Positions 28,439 to 38,238 of a DNA stretch of 64,000 bases are shown one piece after another. This stretch comes from a virus (taxonomy: Duplodnaviria > Caudoviricetes): positions 1-64,000 of the IMG/VR virus record IMGVR_UViG_3300023105_003457; one strand, written 5' to 3'. Position numbers and translations under genes: made by a program. The notes under the pieces are model-generated. The model saw nothing but the letters and a program-made list of their open reading frames with translations, was not told the DNA's origin and ran no database searches. Position 1 is the stretch's first letter. Each line of letters opens with the position of its first letter.

Positions 28439-28894
28439 TTAAAATCCGGGGCCATATCCTTGTTGTTCGTTCTTGCTATACCTGTCTCTTGTTCTCTCTG
28501 ACATTTGATCCCAAAGTGCTTTTATTTTTTCTGCGTCTTGTAAACTTAAACGTTTTATAAAAGGATCGTCTGGCGCCATATTATTTTGTAGAGTACGCAA
28601 AAAGTTTTGTGCACCATTTTCGCCGTCTAATTCTTTTCCTAGTCTATTATCATAGGCTGTAATAAATCTTTGTACAAATAACTTTGTAGGGAAATCATTA
28701 AAAAATATCAAATCGTTTTGTCCGGGGCTTGATTGTAAATTAAACTTTGCAATTTTTGGTTCCTTAGGACTAACTCCTACTTGTGTAAAGGCTTTAAGTT
28801 TTAATGCTTTAAGAGCATCTACAAATCTTGTAATTTCTTGTTCAGAAGTATCTGATTTTCGAAATTTATTTTCTGTGAGTTCAATAATTTTCAT
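28439..28894 (-). CDS. hypothetical protein, putative internal head protein
   Basis: MKIIELTE N-terminus shared with neighbours. Confidence 0.6.
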   Translation of the reverse strand: MKIIELTENKFRKSDTSEQEITRFVDALKALKLKAFTQVGVSPKEPKIAKFNLQSSPGQNDLIFFNDFPTKLFVQRFITAYDNRLGKELDGENGAQNFLRTLQNNMAPDDPFIKRLSLQDAEKIKALWDQMSERTRDRYSKNEQQGYGPGF

Positions 28895-28895
28895 C

Positions 28896-29906
28896 TTATA
28901 ACCTTATAGTTCCTTGATACCATGGATTATCTTTTCTAATATTTGCAACATATGATTTTGCTGACAAAGTGTCAATACCTGCTTTATTACCTAGCACGTC
29001 ACCTGCGAAGTGACTCATGTCTGTGTCAGGATCAGGAATACTTGCCCATGTTGTCGAAAGACGTTTTAAGAATTGCTTGTCGCTTATTTGTCCTTTAAGC
29101 CATTCTTCCATTTGGTGACTGTGCTTCAAATGAAATATAGCAATCTTATCTTGTGTTTCAGGATCAAACTTGTCTTTGTCAAAGTCTAGTCCCATTTTTT
29201 GTGCAACTTCTTTAAGTGTTTGTCTAACGTATTGATAACGACCCATTGCACTGCTTCCCCAATACTCTCCTTTTTTCTTATTGTAAAAAAGTTTTCTTCT
29301 GATTTGATCTCTCACACGTTCGCCGCCATCTGCTAGTACTTCGTTGATAGTCATATCTAGTATCTCAGGCCTACGTGAACTAGGAAACACACTGTCATAG
29401 TGTCCATTAACGCTTTCAAACTGTGCAATAAAGTCTAACAATCTACCATACACACCAATTTCAAGTGATGACTGTTGTAGTTTCTGTGGAGCCTTTTTAG
29501 GACGTTTTAATTTCTCTCTTGGGTTAGAAATAATCTCAGGAGCCTTTGCTTTGGTTCTACCCATTATAAGATCATCGACCTTACGCATAGTTCTTGGACC
29601 TGGGTCACCGTCAACACTTAGACCATATGTCTTTTGAAAGTTCTGTGTTGCTTTTGCTGTGGAAGGTCCCCACTTGCCGTCAGCACCTGTTGGTCCTACA
29701 TCAAAGCCTAGTGTAATCAACATTTGTTGAAACTTACGCATATCGTCTCTGTTGCGTTTAGGTTTGCGATTAGCAAAAGGTTCAAATTTTTGTAGATTAC
29801 TTTGAGCAGTTTTCCAATTCTGTGAAACATTGCCAAGCATAGTAGCAATCTTATCTTGTACGCTTTGCCAATCTTTATATTCTACAATTACTTCACTGAT
29901 CTTCAT
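28896..29906 (-). CDS. peptidoglycan-binding lysozyme-like hydrolase
   Basis: PG_binding_1 (Q..L..LGF..G..GADGKWGP.T..A...FQ...GL.VDG..GP.T) plus lambda-lysozyme-like (FES, SSAMGRYQ, F.PETQD, WASIP). Confidence 0.85.
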   Translation of the reverse strand: MKISEVIVEYKDWQSVQDKIATMLGNVSQNWKTAQSNLQKFEPFANRKPKRNRDDMRKFQQMLITLGFDVGPTGADGKWGPSTAKATQNFQKTYGLSVDGDPGPRTMRKVDDLIMGRTKAKAPEIISNPREKLKRPKKAPQKLQQSSLEIGVYGRLLDFIAQFESVNGHYDSVFPSSRRPEILDMTINEVLADGGERVRDQIRRKLFYNKKKGEYWGSSAMGRYQYVRQTLKEVAQKMGLDFDKDKFDPETQDKIAIFHLKHSHQMEEWLKGQISDKQFLKRLSTTWASIPDPDTDMSHFAGDVLGNKAGIDTLSAKSYVANIRKDNPWYQGTIRL

Positions 29907-29910
29907 TGTG

Positions 29911-30798
29911 TTATCCTAATCTATTTCTATAATATTGAAGTATTAACTTATCTAGATGTTCTGTTGGTATATTGTTTGCTTCTTTTGCTACTCTAAGTAG
30001 GTATTGTTCTACACCACGACCAATTACATTAAAGATAGCAACGGCTTTTTCAAAAGCATCTTCAATTGTTTTCATATCTTCAAACCCTGGAACACTTTGC
30101 CACATCGTTGGCTCTGATTGATAGTTTCCATTTGCATCTAGTGTAGGGTGAATTCCACCTTTGCTGTCTTTGTGTAGTTTAACATAATTGCTCTTTTTAT
30201 TCATATAACCGTAAAGCATTAGATGTTCAAGAGTAGCAAACTGTGTGCCACTAAATCGTTTCATTGAAGCAAGTGTTTGTTTGGCATGATCCGGATGGGC
30301 TCCCCATGCATGATATGGTGGAGTATACGGAAGTTTGCTTACTTGTTTTACAGTGTTAAAAATTGCTGGAATAGTGTTGGCCATGTTTAATCCTTTGTGA
30401 CCAAACTCATGAGCAGTTATTCTTGCTATTACTTGATTTGCTCCTGCCTGTGCTAGAGTGTCTGCAATAGAAACTTCTTTTGTATTAGGATCAAATGTTC
30501 CTTGAACATTAGGATTGTCATACTTTTTAGTTTTTATTGTTAACTGAACATCAGGGTCAGTTAATAACTTTTCAATAGTTTCTTCTGAGCCTAAATACCC
30601 TAACATTATTACTGGATTAACATTGCTAGTTCTTGCTTTCATATATTTTCTATGAGCAATGATACCTAAAGCAAGTTTACTGGCAGTGGTTCTATATACT
30701 CCAACATCAGTATCAACTTTGATTATGTTATTGTTGCGAAACAATCCCATTAGTTCGCCTTTGCTAGGAGTGTTTCTTAATAGTTCATCAATACGCAT
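29911..30798 (-). CDS. putative zinc metallopeptidase-like internal protein
   Basis: ITAHEFGH (HExxH), later LEH; MRIDELL N-terminus. Confidence 0.55.
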   Translation of the reverse strand: MRIDELLRNTPSKGELMGLFRNNNIIKVDTDVGVYRTTASKLALGIIAHRKYMKARTSNVNPVIMLGYLGSEETIEKLLTDPDVQLTIKTKKYDNPNVQGTFDPNTKEVSIADTLAQAGANQVIARITAHEFGHKGLNMANTIPAIFNTVKQVSKLPYTPPYHAWGAHPDHAKQTLASMKRFSGTQFATLEHLMLYGYMNKKSNYVKLHKDSKGGIHPTLDANGNYQSEPTMWQSVPGFEDMKTIEDAFEKAVAIFNVIGRGVEQYLLRVAKEANNIPTEHLDKLILQYYRNRLG

Positions 30799-31025
30799 TA
30801 CGAATAGTCCTTTAGTGGACCACCGTACTTGGCGGCCTTAACTCTACGACCACGTAGGCTTTTGCCGTCGTGTTTTTTTCCTGAATTTCTTGCACGTAGA
30901 CCTTGTGCAACACAACTGGATTGGTCACTGTTGCCAAGTTTTCTGCCGCTTTTGCACAATGCTTTGGAAGCCTTGCCTCTGTTGCGTGTTTTTTTCTTTT
31001 CGGTTAAAAATTCTCGTGCTCTCAT
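30798..31025 (-). CDS. very basic small protein, putative DNA-binding internal protein
   Basis: MRAREFLTEKKK..., K/R rich; CATAAATA late-type promoter directly upstream. Confidence 0.65.
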   Translation of the reverse strand: MRAREFLTEKKKTRNRGKASKALCKSGRKLGNSDQSSCVAQGLRARNSGKKHDGKSLRGRRVKAAKYGGPLKDYS

Positions 31026-31055
31026 AATGATATTTATGTTAAAATGCATCTAGTA

Positions 31056-31063
31056 TATAAATA
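31056..31063 (+). promoter_or_regulatory. T4-type late promoter
   Basis: TATAAATA just upstream of speD. Confidence 0.5.
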
Positions 31064-31069
31064 GATCTG

Positions 31070-31498
31070 GTGACTCCGCTTGTACACAAGCACATCATCA
31101 TAAGATCGGAAGTGCTCAATCCGCCCGTGGATGAAAAAATAGTGAGCGAACAAGTAAAAGATCTGATTGAACGTATAGGCATGAAACTGCTTATGGGTCC
31201 ATATGCAAAGTATGTGACCATGCCAGGCAACAGAGGACTCACAGTAGCCGCAATTATAGAAACAAGTCATATAGTAATGCATACCTGGGATGAATGCAAT
31301 CCTGCTATGATACAACTTGATGTTTACACTTGCGGACCTTTTAATCCTCGCAGTGTGCTTGAATGGTTAGAACAATACAGTCCACAACGTACAGTCTATA
31401 GATATATTGATAGAGAACACGGACTAAAAGAGATTCCACTAGAACCACAGTATACTACACAAGAACTAGTTGAAGCAACTAACGACTTTTTAATCTAA
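31070..31498 (+). CDS. speD: S-adenosylmethionine decarboxylase proenzyme
   Basis: IIETSHIVMHTWDE self-cleavage/pyruvoyl motif, LDVYTCG. Confidence 0.88.
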   Translation: MTPLVHKHIIIRSEVLNPPVDEKIVSEQVKDLIERIGMKLLMGPYAKYVTMPGNRGLTVAAIIETSHIVMHTWDECNPAMIQLDVYTCGPFNPRSVLEWLEQYSPQRTVYRYIDREHGLKEIPLEPQYTTQELVEATNDFLI

Positions 31499-31716
31499 CG
31501 GTATTTGTCCGCAGGATTACGCCCATCATCGAATTCTTCACTTACTTTTCTATAGGTAAGTGCATTGCGTTCACCTTTGGTTGTTTTGAGAACTACATCG
31601 CCTGAACTGGCTACTTCTATTTTTGTGATCTTTGCTCTGCTATTACGGAATTTGCCAACGAGTATTTCATCGCCAACGTTTATTTGAATACTTACGCTCT
31701 TTACAGTTTGTGTCAT
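31495..31716 (-). CDS. small SH3/KOW-like hypothetical protein
   Basis: INVGDEILVGKFRN; GGAG SD. Confidence 0.6.
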   Translation of the reverse strand: MTQTVKSVSIQINVGDEILVGKFRNSRAKITKIEVASSGDVVLKTTKGERNALTYRKVSEEFDDGRNPADKYR

Positions 31717-31739
31717 AGGTTTATCTCCTATGCAAATAT

Positions 31740-32008
31740 TTATTCTTTGAAATGGACCTTCTTCATGGTAGCATTGTTAGGTACTTTGCTTTTGGTATAC
31801 TTGAGCATTCGTACGTGTTCTTCTAGTAGGCTCCAACCGTATAGGAAAGGTAGGAATGCGTGTATCACACTTTTAATAGCCAACCAGAACAGCATGACTG
31901 CTTCTTTCATAGCAAATCCCCAATGCCATAGATATTTGTGTAGTCCATTGCGGTAGGTTTGTTTACTTGCTGTTGTGCTTTTTTCTAGGTGTTTAAAATC
32001 AATTATCA
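31740..32008 (-). CDS. DUF6356-like hypothetical protein (start approximate)
   Basis: Y.WH..FA........L....IHAFLPF pattern. Confidence 0.45.
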
Positions 32009-32217
32009 TTTGCTGGATCCTTTGGTGTATCAAAATCTGGGTCAAGTGCTTGACTTAACCACTCTACATCATCATCGTCCCCGTGTGTAAGCAACCAGTC
32101 TACGAACTCTCTATCTGCTAGTTTGCCTTCATACCACATCTGTCTTTGTTGATGCTTCTTGGCAGATATGAATCTTGCTCTTGAAATTATGTTGTTATTA
32201 TCTTCTTGTGTCATCAT
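31999..32217 (-). CDS. hypothetical protein
   Basis: 72-aa ORF with TAAATA upstream. Confidence 0.5.
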   Translation of the reverse strand: MMTQEDNNNIISRARFISAKKHQQRQMWYEGKLADREFVDWLLTHGDDDDVEWLSQALDPDFDTPKDPANDN

Positions 32218-32474
32218 AGTGCATATTGTAATACATTTATTTACACCTTGTCAACCTCACATCTTAAATACTGTTATGAAATTAAACCATTATGACTATG
32301 TTGTGGTCACTGACCCTGAAACTTTTAGTGTGTGGAGTAGTAGTGTTGATGTTGCTCTCATACGTGAACTGTGGGTATTTGGCGATACAACACCATATGA
32401 ATCACAGGGCATTAACACTCGTAGATGGAGTGATGCAAGTGAACCGCCCTATCACAAACACCGAAAGCATTTGT

Positions 32475-33230
32475 TTATTGGTCCTCTTCCCGATTGTGTT
32501 GATTCCACTCATGAGCACGTTTAACTAGACTGTGTTCGTAGTCGTAGAGTAGAGCCTGTACGTCTTTAGGAAAACAAGCACCACCATATCCACCCGCTTC
32601 GCTTACGTGTGAGTGACTATCACCAATGCGACTGTCACCTGCTACACCCTTGCGAACACTTTCCCAATCACACCCTTCCTGTTCCGCAATACGTTTTGCT
32701 TCATTGAACCATATGACCTTTGTGGCCAGGAAACTGTTGCGAAAGTATTTGATAAGGATTGCTTCTTCAACGCTCACGTGATGATAGTTGCAGTTTGGAA
32801 ATACCGGTAAAAATATTCTATCAATCCAAAACTCTACACAACGACCACTACCCCCAAAGTACATATCACGACTGTTAGCAAAGTCTTCAATGCTTGTATC
32901 CTGTCGCAGAAACTCTGGTGAAAATGTCAATTCGTGTCGTGGAAACTGTCTTACGATACTGGTCCATCCTGATATACTTGTTGTGCTTTTGATTAACGTG
33001 GGTGTGTTATCCTGTACTGTGTCTAGTACTTGTGCAATATAACTCACATCACACTCGCCTTTAGGTCCTTGTGGAGTAGGAACACACACTATCACACAGT
33101 CAACATCCTCTATATCTCGTACTGTTTGACTGCCTAGTTTAGGATCTATACCCACTAGATCGTGAAAGTGTTTAAGTGAGGCACTGACCGCACGACCTAC
33201 AAATCCCTGTCCACATACGGCGATTTTCAT
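32475..33230 (-). CDS. UDP-glucose/GDP-mannose dehydrogenase family (short form)
   Basis: GQGFVG, CVPTP, IKST, PEFLR, KYFRNSFLATK, D.RIG, GYGGACFPKD; lacks C-terminal UDP-binding domain. Confidence 0.85.
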   Translation of the reverse strand: MKIAVCGQGFVGRAVSASLKHFHDLVGIDPKLGSQTVRDIEDVDCVIVCVPTPQGPKGECDVSYIAQVLDTVQDNTPTLIKSTTSISGWTSIVRQFPRHELTFSPEFLRQDTSIEDFANSRDMYFGGSGRCVEFWIDRIFLPVFPNCNYHHVSVEEAILIKYFRNSFLATKVIWFNEAKRIAEQEGCDWESVRKGVAGDSRIGDSHSHVSEAGGYGGACFPKDVQALLYDYEHSLVKRAHEWNQHNREEDQ

Positions 33231-33544
33231 GATTGTTTTCCTTATAGTATAACGATACTCTTAGTTATAACACATTTCAGGCTCAGGGAAACGAATTTGG
33301 TAAAGCGTAGCACAACTACTAGGTAGACGTGTTGTTATAGTGCATATCCAACCCCCATCCATGCTACCATCATGATCTAGATCATAACTTAATGGAGGAA
33401 ACTGACTGCCCGTTAACTGCTTACAGTACTTCCAACGCTCACTAGAGTTTGCCCATTCACCCACGTGTAGTCGTACGGCAAGTTCGGGATCCTCTACATC
33501 AGCAACACCAAAACAGTACAGTGTGATCTCAGTCATAGGCCCTA

Positions 33545-33606
33545 CAAGCACGAAGTGCGGTCCGCGAAATTTTACGGCCTATAGCCGCGAAGCGGTAGCG
33601 GTAGCG
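33545..33606 (+). repeat. GAA-triloop hairpin element, left copy
   Basis: GCAC-GAA-GTGC, GTCCGCG, AAATTTT, CCGC-GAA-GCGG, TAGCGGTAG; imperfect inverted copy at 46705-46756. Confidence 0.7.
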
Positions 33607-34019
33607 ATTTATAGTATGTTCTCCTCTAACAAGCCAAAACAGTCCAATCCTACGTAGGCTAGAAAGAGTAGTGCGACCCATATGATGAACACTCTCCATA
33701 ACAGACTATACCATTTCACGCTAGTACTCCTAGTACACACGCAACGCACACAATCACAATCCACAGGATGCTGGACCTTATACACCTAAAGAAATCAAGC
33801 ACCTTGACTCTCTTTCCACAATCGCTTTAGATAATAACGGTTAGCACGAAAGTAATCCTTTTGACCAAAGTACTTGCATTTTATCTTGTACCATGCACAC
33901 TCGTCACGATGCTCATAGTATTTGTCATTTACGAACTGACGAAATTGACTGTTTTTCATTTGACTGCTCCTGTTGTTCTAACGGTGTATCTACTGTCTCT
34001 GGAGGCGACTCTAAGTGCA

Positions 34020-34460
34020 TACTATACAGTAGTAAACACATAAACAGATACGTGCATAATACATATAGTATAGCAAGAAACAGTTCTAACATAACACTAT
34101 ACAGTATACACTATAACAGTGCATAGTCAATACTGTGATTAGCCAAAGTGAACTTACAGTATAGGAGTCAACAGAGTTGACTCGTACTTCGTACACTATA
34201 CACTATACAGTAAGACCCCGCTGTAAGGATATATAGACCCCGCTGTAAGGATTGTGCTCGTATGCGTGTAGGAGTATTTTTTGGTTATCTCTCGTCGCCA
34301 TAACCATTTCCGGTAAAATCACCCTTATCAACCACCGTAAATCCACGATTATGAACCGTAATACCACTTTTACCAGTTTTACCACTATTACCACCCCACC
34401 GTAGACCACCGTAAGAACATGGTTTTTCACCCTAGATCCACAATGGCCCCTTCGGGGCCC
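34020..34460. repeat. low-coding repeat/hairpin-rich segment
   Basis: ACTATACAGT x3, AGACCCCGCTGTAAGGAT x2 (~34213, ~34234), GAGTCAAC-aga-GTTGACTC, GGCCCC-ttc-GGGGCC, ACCAC/ACCGTA runs. Confidence 0.6.
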
Positions 34461-34597
34461 CACTCTGCTCACTATGCTTACTACTCTCATATAGTGTGTA
34501 TAGGTCTTTGAGCGGATCCTACTGTATATACACTATAGGGGTTGACAATACTGCATATGATGCTATACTGTATAGTATGTTAAGAAAGGCTGAATCA

Positions 34598-34831
34598 ATG
34601 ACCATCAATAGGCTTCTATCAATATCAATACTATCAATATCAATACTGGCATCAACAGGCTGTTCATCAATAACTGATCAACGAGGGCGGGATGTCAATA
34701 GTCAATGGCTTTATCAAGGGGCCTATCAATGGAGGGGTGTCAATGATGCTCCGGATTATGGGGCGAGGTTGCCGAACAATGTGGGAGATTATGACAGATT
34801 TTGCAGAGAGAGGCCGTGGAAGTGTCGCTAG
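34598..34831 (+). CDS. putative lipoprotein
   Basis: MTINRLLSISILSISILASTGC lipobox; downstream of promoter 34542. Confidence 0.5.
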   Translation: MTINRLLSISILSISILASTGCSSITDQRGRDVNSQWLYQGAYQWRGVNDAPDYGARLPNNVGDYDRFCRERPWKCR

Positions 34832-35214
34832 ACCAAAAACTCTAATAGAATCAAAGACTTATCCTGTTTGAACAGAGGAGGGGCTGTGTCTGACGTGGTC
34901 GTTCGTTCGTTCGCGTTCTTTTCCGAAAAAACCGGTTGACAAGAGTTGATTTGATGCTATACTATATGTATAGTGAGAGATCTGGCCGGCCCCGCGTAGA
35001 AATTGCAGGCATCGGCAGTGTATTGGACTCCGGTATCTGGCTTTCGCTTAACGTTCCCGGCGGTGGAGTTTTTTGGCTTACCCCTCGCTCTCTTATTGTT
35101 CTTATAGTATAACAAATAAAACCGGTTTTGTCAACCACTTTTTTGCAAATAAAATAGTTGACAATTTGGATATAGGTGCTATACTGTGTATAGTTAAAAA
35201 GAGGAGCGAAAACT

Positions 35215-35352
35215 ATGTATGTACTACACGTTTTAAATGACGCAGGCGAATGGGAATTTATTACACGCAAATTCCGCACACCGTTTAATGCTGTTAAATT
35301 TTTCCACAGCAAATTGTCTATGTTTGCAGATTACACTATAACAAAAATTTAA
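35215..35352 (+). CDS. early small protein (45 aa, not in ORF track)
   Basis: promoter plus GAGGAGCGA RBS; MYVLHVLNDAGEWEFITRKFRTP... Confidence 0.6.
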   Translation: MYVLHVLNDAGEWEFITRKFRTPFNAVKFFHSKLSMFADYTITKI

Positions 35353-35435
35353 AAAAAATGTGCATTTTGGACTTGACAAGTGTGTAAAAGAGCATATAAT
35401 AGTATATGTAAGTTAACAAAAGCGAGAGGTAAATT

Positions 35436-35909
35436 ATGCAAAAATTACAAAACTTTTTAAAAACACTAAAAGCAAACTGCAACAACATTGCACACATTAG
35501 CGATGAGGGCAACACAGCACAGGTGACTATTAGTTTAGGTACAGGCTGGGCTGGTGACTATGCAGGTGGTTATTGGGGTGACTGTGCTATTACAGACGAC
35601 GAACTGCAAATTACATTTACAGTAGGCGACGTATACGACGATGGGGACTTTACTATAGGTGAAGGCATTGTGCAATTAACATACAAAGGCGGTGTTGAGA
35701 ACAACGGACTTGCTTACACGGGCGAACTTGATAAAGAGGTGGGCAACGTGCTACAACACGTGACAGGTGGTATGTTATATTGTAGCGGTAGCGAACAGGG
35801 TATGCAGGGGCACTACGACGAAGACGAAAGTTATTTGAGCGTAGATATGGAGATTGTGGATAACACAAAACAAAAGGCAGTTGTTGCGAACGTTGTTAGT
35901 ATAGGTTAA
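35436..35909 (+). CDS. early hypothetical protein
   Basis: own promoter, GAGGT SD; acidic, SEQGMQG motif. Confidence 0.7.
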   Translation: MQKLQNFLKTLKANCNNIAHISDEGNTAQVTISLGTGWAGDYAGGYWGDCAITDDELQITFTVGDVYDDGDFTIGEGIVQLTYKGGVENNGLAYTGELDKEVGNVLQHVTGGMLYCSGSEQGMQGHYDEDESYLSVDMEIVDNTKQKAVVANVVSIG

Positions 35910-35978
35910 ACAAATTGGTTGACAGTATAGCATTTCGGTGCTATACTGTATATACAGTTTAAAAAATAAGGAGCGAAT

Positions 35979-36350
35979 ATGACATTTTACGTTTATCACA
36001 AAACAGATTCACGCATTGAGACTGGTAAGGGCAATACGCATTACGGTCAGCACGAATACAACACAGAGGGTCAAGCAAAAGCGGCGATCACTCGTATTGT
36101 AAAGAAGGCTCAAGCAAAGCACGATCGTCTAAAGGCAAGCAAATACAGTTGGGATAATGAAAGAGCACAAGAGGCTCTAGATCGTGTGGCGGATCTTGCT
36201 ATTGCTGAGCATGATGATTATCACGCTAATATTGAACAGTTCGAAACAGTTTATTCAATCTTTGATAGTAAAAAAGAGAAACCTGTAGTACAGAGCGTGA
36301 ACACACCTCATTTTATGAGTGTATCAAGCGAAAGTTATTGGTGTATGTAA
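35979..36350 (+). CDS. early hypothetical protein
   Basis: promoter plus AAGGAGCGA; C-terminal NTP.FMS.SSESYWCM. Confidence 0.75.
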   Translation: MTFYVYHKTDSRIETGKGNTHYGQHEYNTEGQAKAAITRIVKKAQAKHDRLKASKYSWDNERAQEALDRVADLAIAEHDDYHANIEQFETVYSIFDSKKEKPVVQSVNTPHFMSVSSESYWCM

Positions 36351-36527
36351 ATGAAGACTCTAGTCGAAACAACGGTTTGGGGTGACAATACCCCAAATCA
36401 TACCTACTTCTTAGAGAACGATCGCTGTGTAGGCTACATCAAAGCAGGCACAAGCGAGAAGATTATGTTCAAAAAGCCTATGCGTTTTGATAAAAGACGT
36501 AGAACTTTTAAGGAAATTAGGGGTTGA
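36351..36527 (+). CDS. early small protein (58 aa, not in ORF track)
   Basis: MKTLVETTVWGDNTPNHTY...FDKRRRTF; stop TGA lies inside next TTGACA. Confidence 0.6.
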   Translation: MKTLVETTVWGDNTPNHTYFLENDRCVGYIKAGTSEKIMFKKPMRFDKRRRTFKEIRG

Positions 36528-36575
36528 CAAAACCGGTAATGCCGTATATAATATAAAAATAATGAAAGGAATGGT

Positions 36576-36821
36576 ATGGAAAAACTCAACTCAATAGTAT
36601 TAGCGATCACTGTAGGCATTGTGGCTTACTTGTTCGTTGAAGTGCAGGACTTGAAAGAGACAGATTCATTCTTCACCGAGTCTCAACCGGTGGTGACATC
36701 ATGTGGTGAGAAACCGGATATGGTGGTGAGAGATGTATTTGCTGAATTCAAAAATCTAGTCATCGAACTTAAGAAGTTGGAAGACGAAACCTTGCCCGAC
36801 GTTAAATTGGAGGACAAATGA
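36576..36821 (+). CDS. early single-TM protein
   Basis: promoter, AAGGA SD, N-terminal TM. Confidence 0.65.
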   Translation: MEKLNSIVLAITVGIVAYLFVEVQDLKETDSFFTESQPVVTSCGEKPDMVVRDVFAEFKNLVIELKKLEDETLPDVKLEDK

Positions 36822-36999
36822 GAATTCTAATTGGTATTGCAATTGGTGTCTTTGGAACTTTATTCTATGTGGATCCCTCGATGATCGATCCACTGTTGAC
36901 CCAAGCCCAAGAAGTAGTTAGAGCAATTGGACAATTTCTGGTTGACAAAACCGGTTAATCCAGTTATAATATAGTTATTGTTTAATTAAGGAGCGACCT

Positions 37000-37278
37000 A
37001 TGGAAAACAAGACTTATATCTTTCACACTGATCCCGGACACGGCTGGTTGGCTGTTCCGTTCAAAGATCTTATCGCATTCAACATCACAGATAAGATCTC
37101 AGGCTATTCATACATCAAAGGCAAGACTGCATACCTCGAAGAAGATTGTGATGCAGGAGTGTTCATTGATGCATTCAAACAACGCTTTGGTAAGATGTTT
37201 GAATACCGTACATCATATCAAGAGCGTACACAGATTCGCTATTTCGAAAACTATACAGCAGACAAGGTGGCGGCGTAA
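37000..37278 (+). CDS. early hypothetical protein
   Basis: DPGHGWLAV...YLEEDCD motif; AAGGAGCGA; ends KVAA. Confidence 0.75.
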   Translation: MENKTYIFHTDPGHGWLAVPFKDLIAFNITDKISGYSYIKGKTAYLEEDCDAGVFIDAFKQRFGKMFEYRTSYQERTQIRYFENYTADKVAA

Positions 37279-37525
37279 TGTTTAAACTATATTGGAAAGG
37301 TGAGTGTATTGATCAGTTCGATACACTCGATGAGGCTCAAAAGATGCAAGCCGAATACAATATGGCATATGGTGGAGGAGTCATTATAGACGATGGCTCT
37401 AACGATGCTGAGTATGAACTAGCAATGGCTGAGTTTCACGGTAGTTGATCACTGAAAAATAATGGTTGACAATACCGGTTTTGTCTGTTATAATTATTAT
37501 ATAATTTAACAATAAGGAGCGATAT

Positions 37526-37795
37526 ATGAAACTATCAACAATCATTGCAGAGATCCACTCTATGAACAGAGACGATCTTAACAAGGTAGTCGAGGCTGTG
37601 AAGTATGCGAGATCGCAGGCACACAGACAAGCGGCGAACTCACTCAAGGCAGGTGACACAGTATTCTTCGACGGTAGGTATGGTAAGACCGTTAAGGGCA
37701 CGGTGATCAAGACTGCCATCAAGTATGTACAGGTTGACTGTGGCATAGATGGTCGTTGGAGAGTACCGGCGGCACATTTGAGGTTGGCGGCATAA
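37526..37795 (+). CDS. early SH3-like protein
   Basis: LKAGDTV.F...G.V.K...K...V......WRVPA..L; ends RLAA. Confidence 0.75.
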   Translation: MKLSTIIAEIHSMNRDDLNKVVEAVKYARSQAHRQAANSLKAGDTVFFDGRYGKTVKGTVIKTAIKYVQVDCGIDGRWRVPAAHLRLAA

Positions 37796-38001
37796 TGTTA
37801 AACGTATTGAAGTGGGTGGCTACGGCCACCCTAATCATCGGCTTTGGTTTGATGAGTTCCGGCAACACAGATGGCTGGTACTTACAGATCACCGGTGGTA
37901 TCCTATGGTTGATTGCGGCTGTGATGATGAAGGACAAACCCCTCATTGCCACAAATGCAACCATGACAATCGTAGGGATAATAGGCAGACTTTTCGGTTG
38001 A
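37795..38001 (+). CDS. small membrane protein
   Basis: LKWVAT...G..LW..AA....DKPLI.TN; TAATG coupling. Confidence 0.7.
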   Translation: MLNVLKWVATATLIIGFGLMSSGNTDGWYLQITGGILWLIAAVMMKDKPLIATNATMTIVGIIGRLFG

Positions 38002-38058
38002 CAAAACCGGTTTTGTCTGTTATAATGTAATTACAAAATAAAAAAATAGGAGCGAGAT

Positions 38059-38238
38059 ATGTCAGATAATTTTAAAGAAAACGTATTCGAATTTTTAGAC
38101 GACTTACGTGAGAGCGGCGCTGTTAATATGTTTGGCGCAGGACAATTTGTACAAGAAGCATTCGACGTTGATAGACGTGAAGCAAGAACGCTGGTAGGAG
38201 AGTGGATGGACACTTTCTCTGAGAGGCACTCTGTATGA
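38059..38238 (+). CDS. early small protein (59 aa, not in ORF track)
   Basis: FLDDLRESGAVNMFGA motif common in phage early proteins; AGGAGCGA RBS. Confidence 0.65.
   Translation: MSDNFKENVFEFLDDLRESGAVNMFGAGQFVQEAFDVDRREARTLVGEWMDTFSERHSV

Noticed and set aside
34980-35090. Possible tRNA in the GC-rich segment
   Set aside because: No cloverleaf, T-loop TTCGA context or CCA end found on either strand.
34203-35312. ORF-track entries 34203..34490, 34962..35312 and neighbouring 33861..34126
   Set aside because: No SD, low-complexity translation of repeats, or overlap with promoters.
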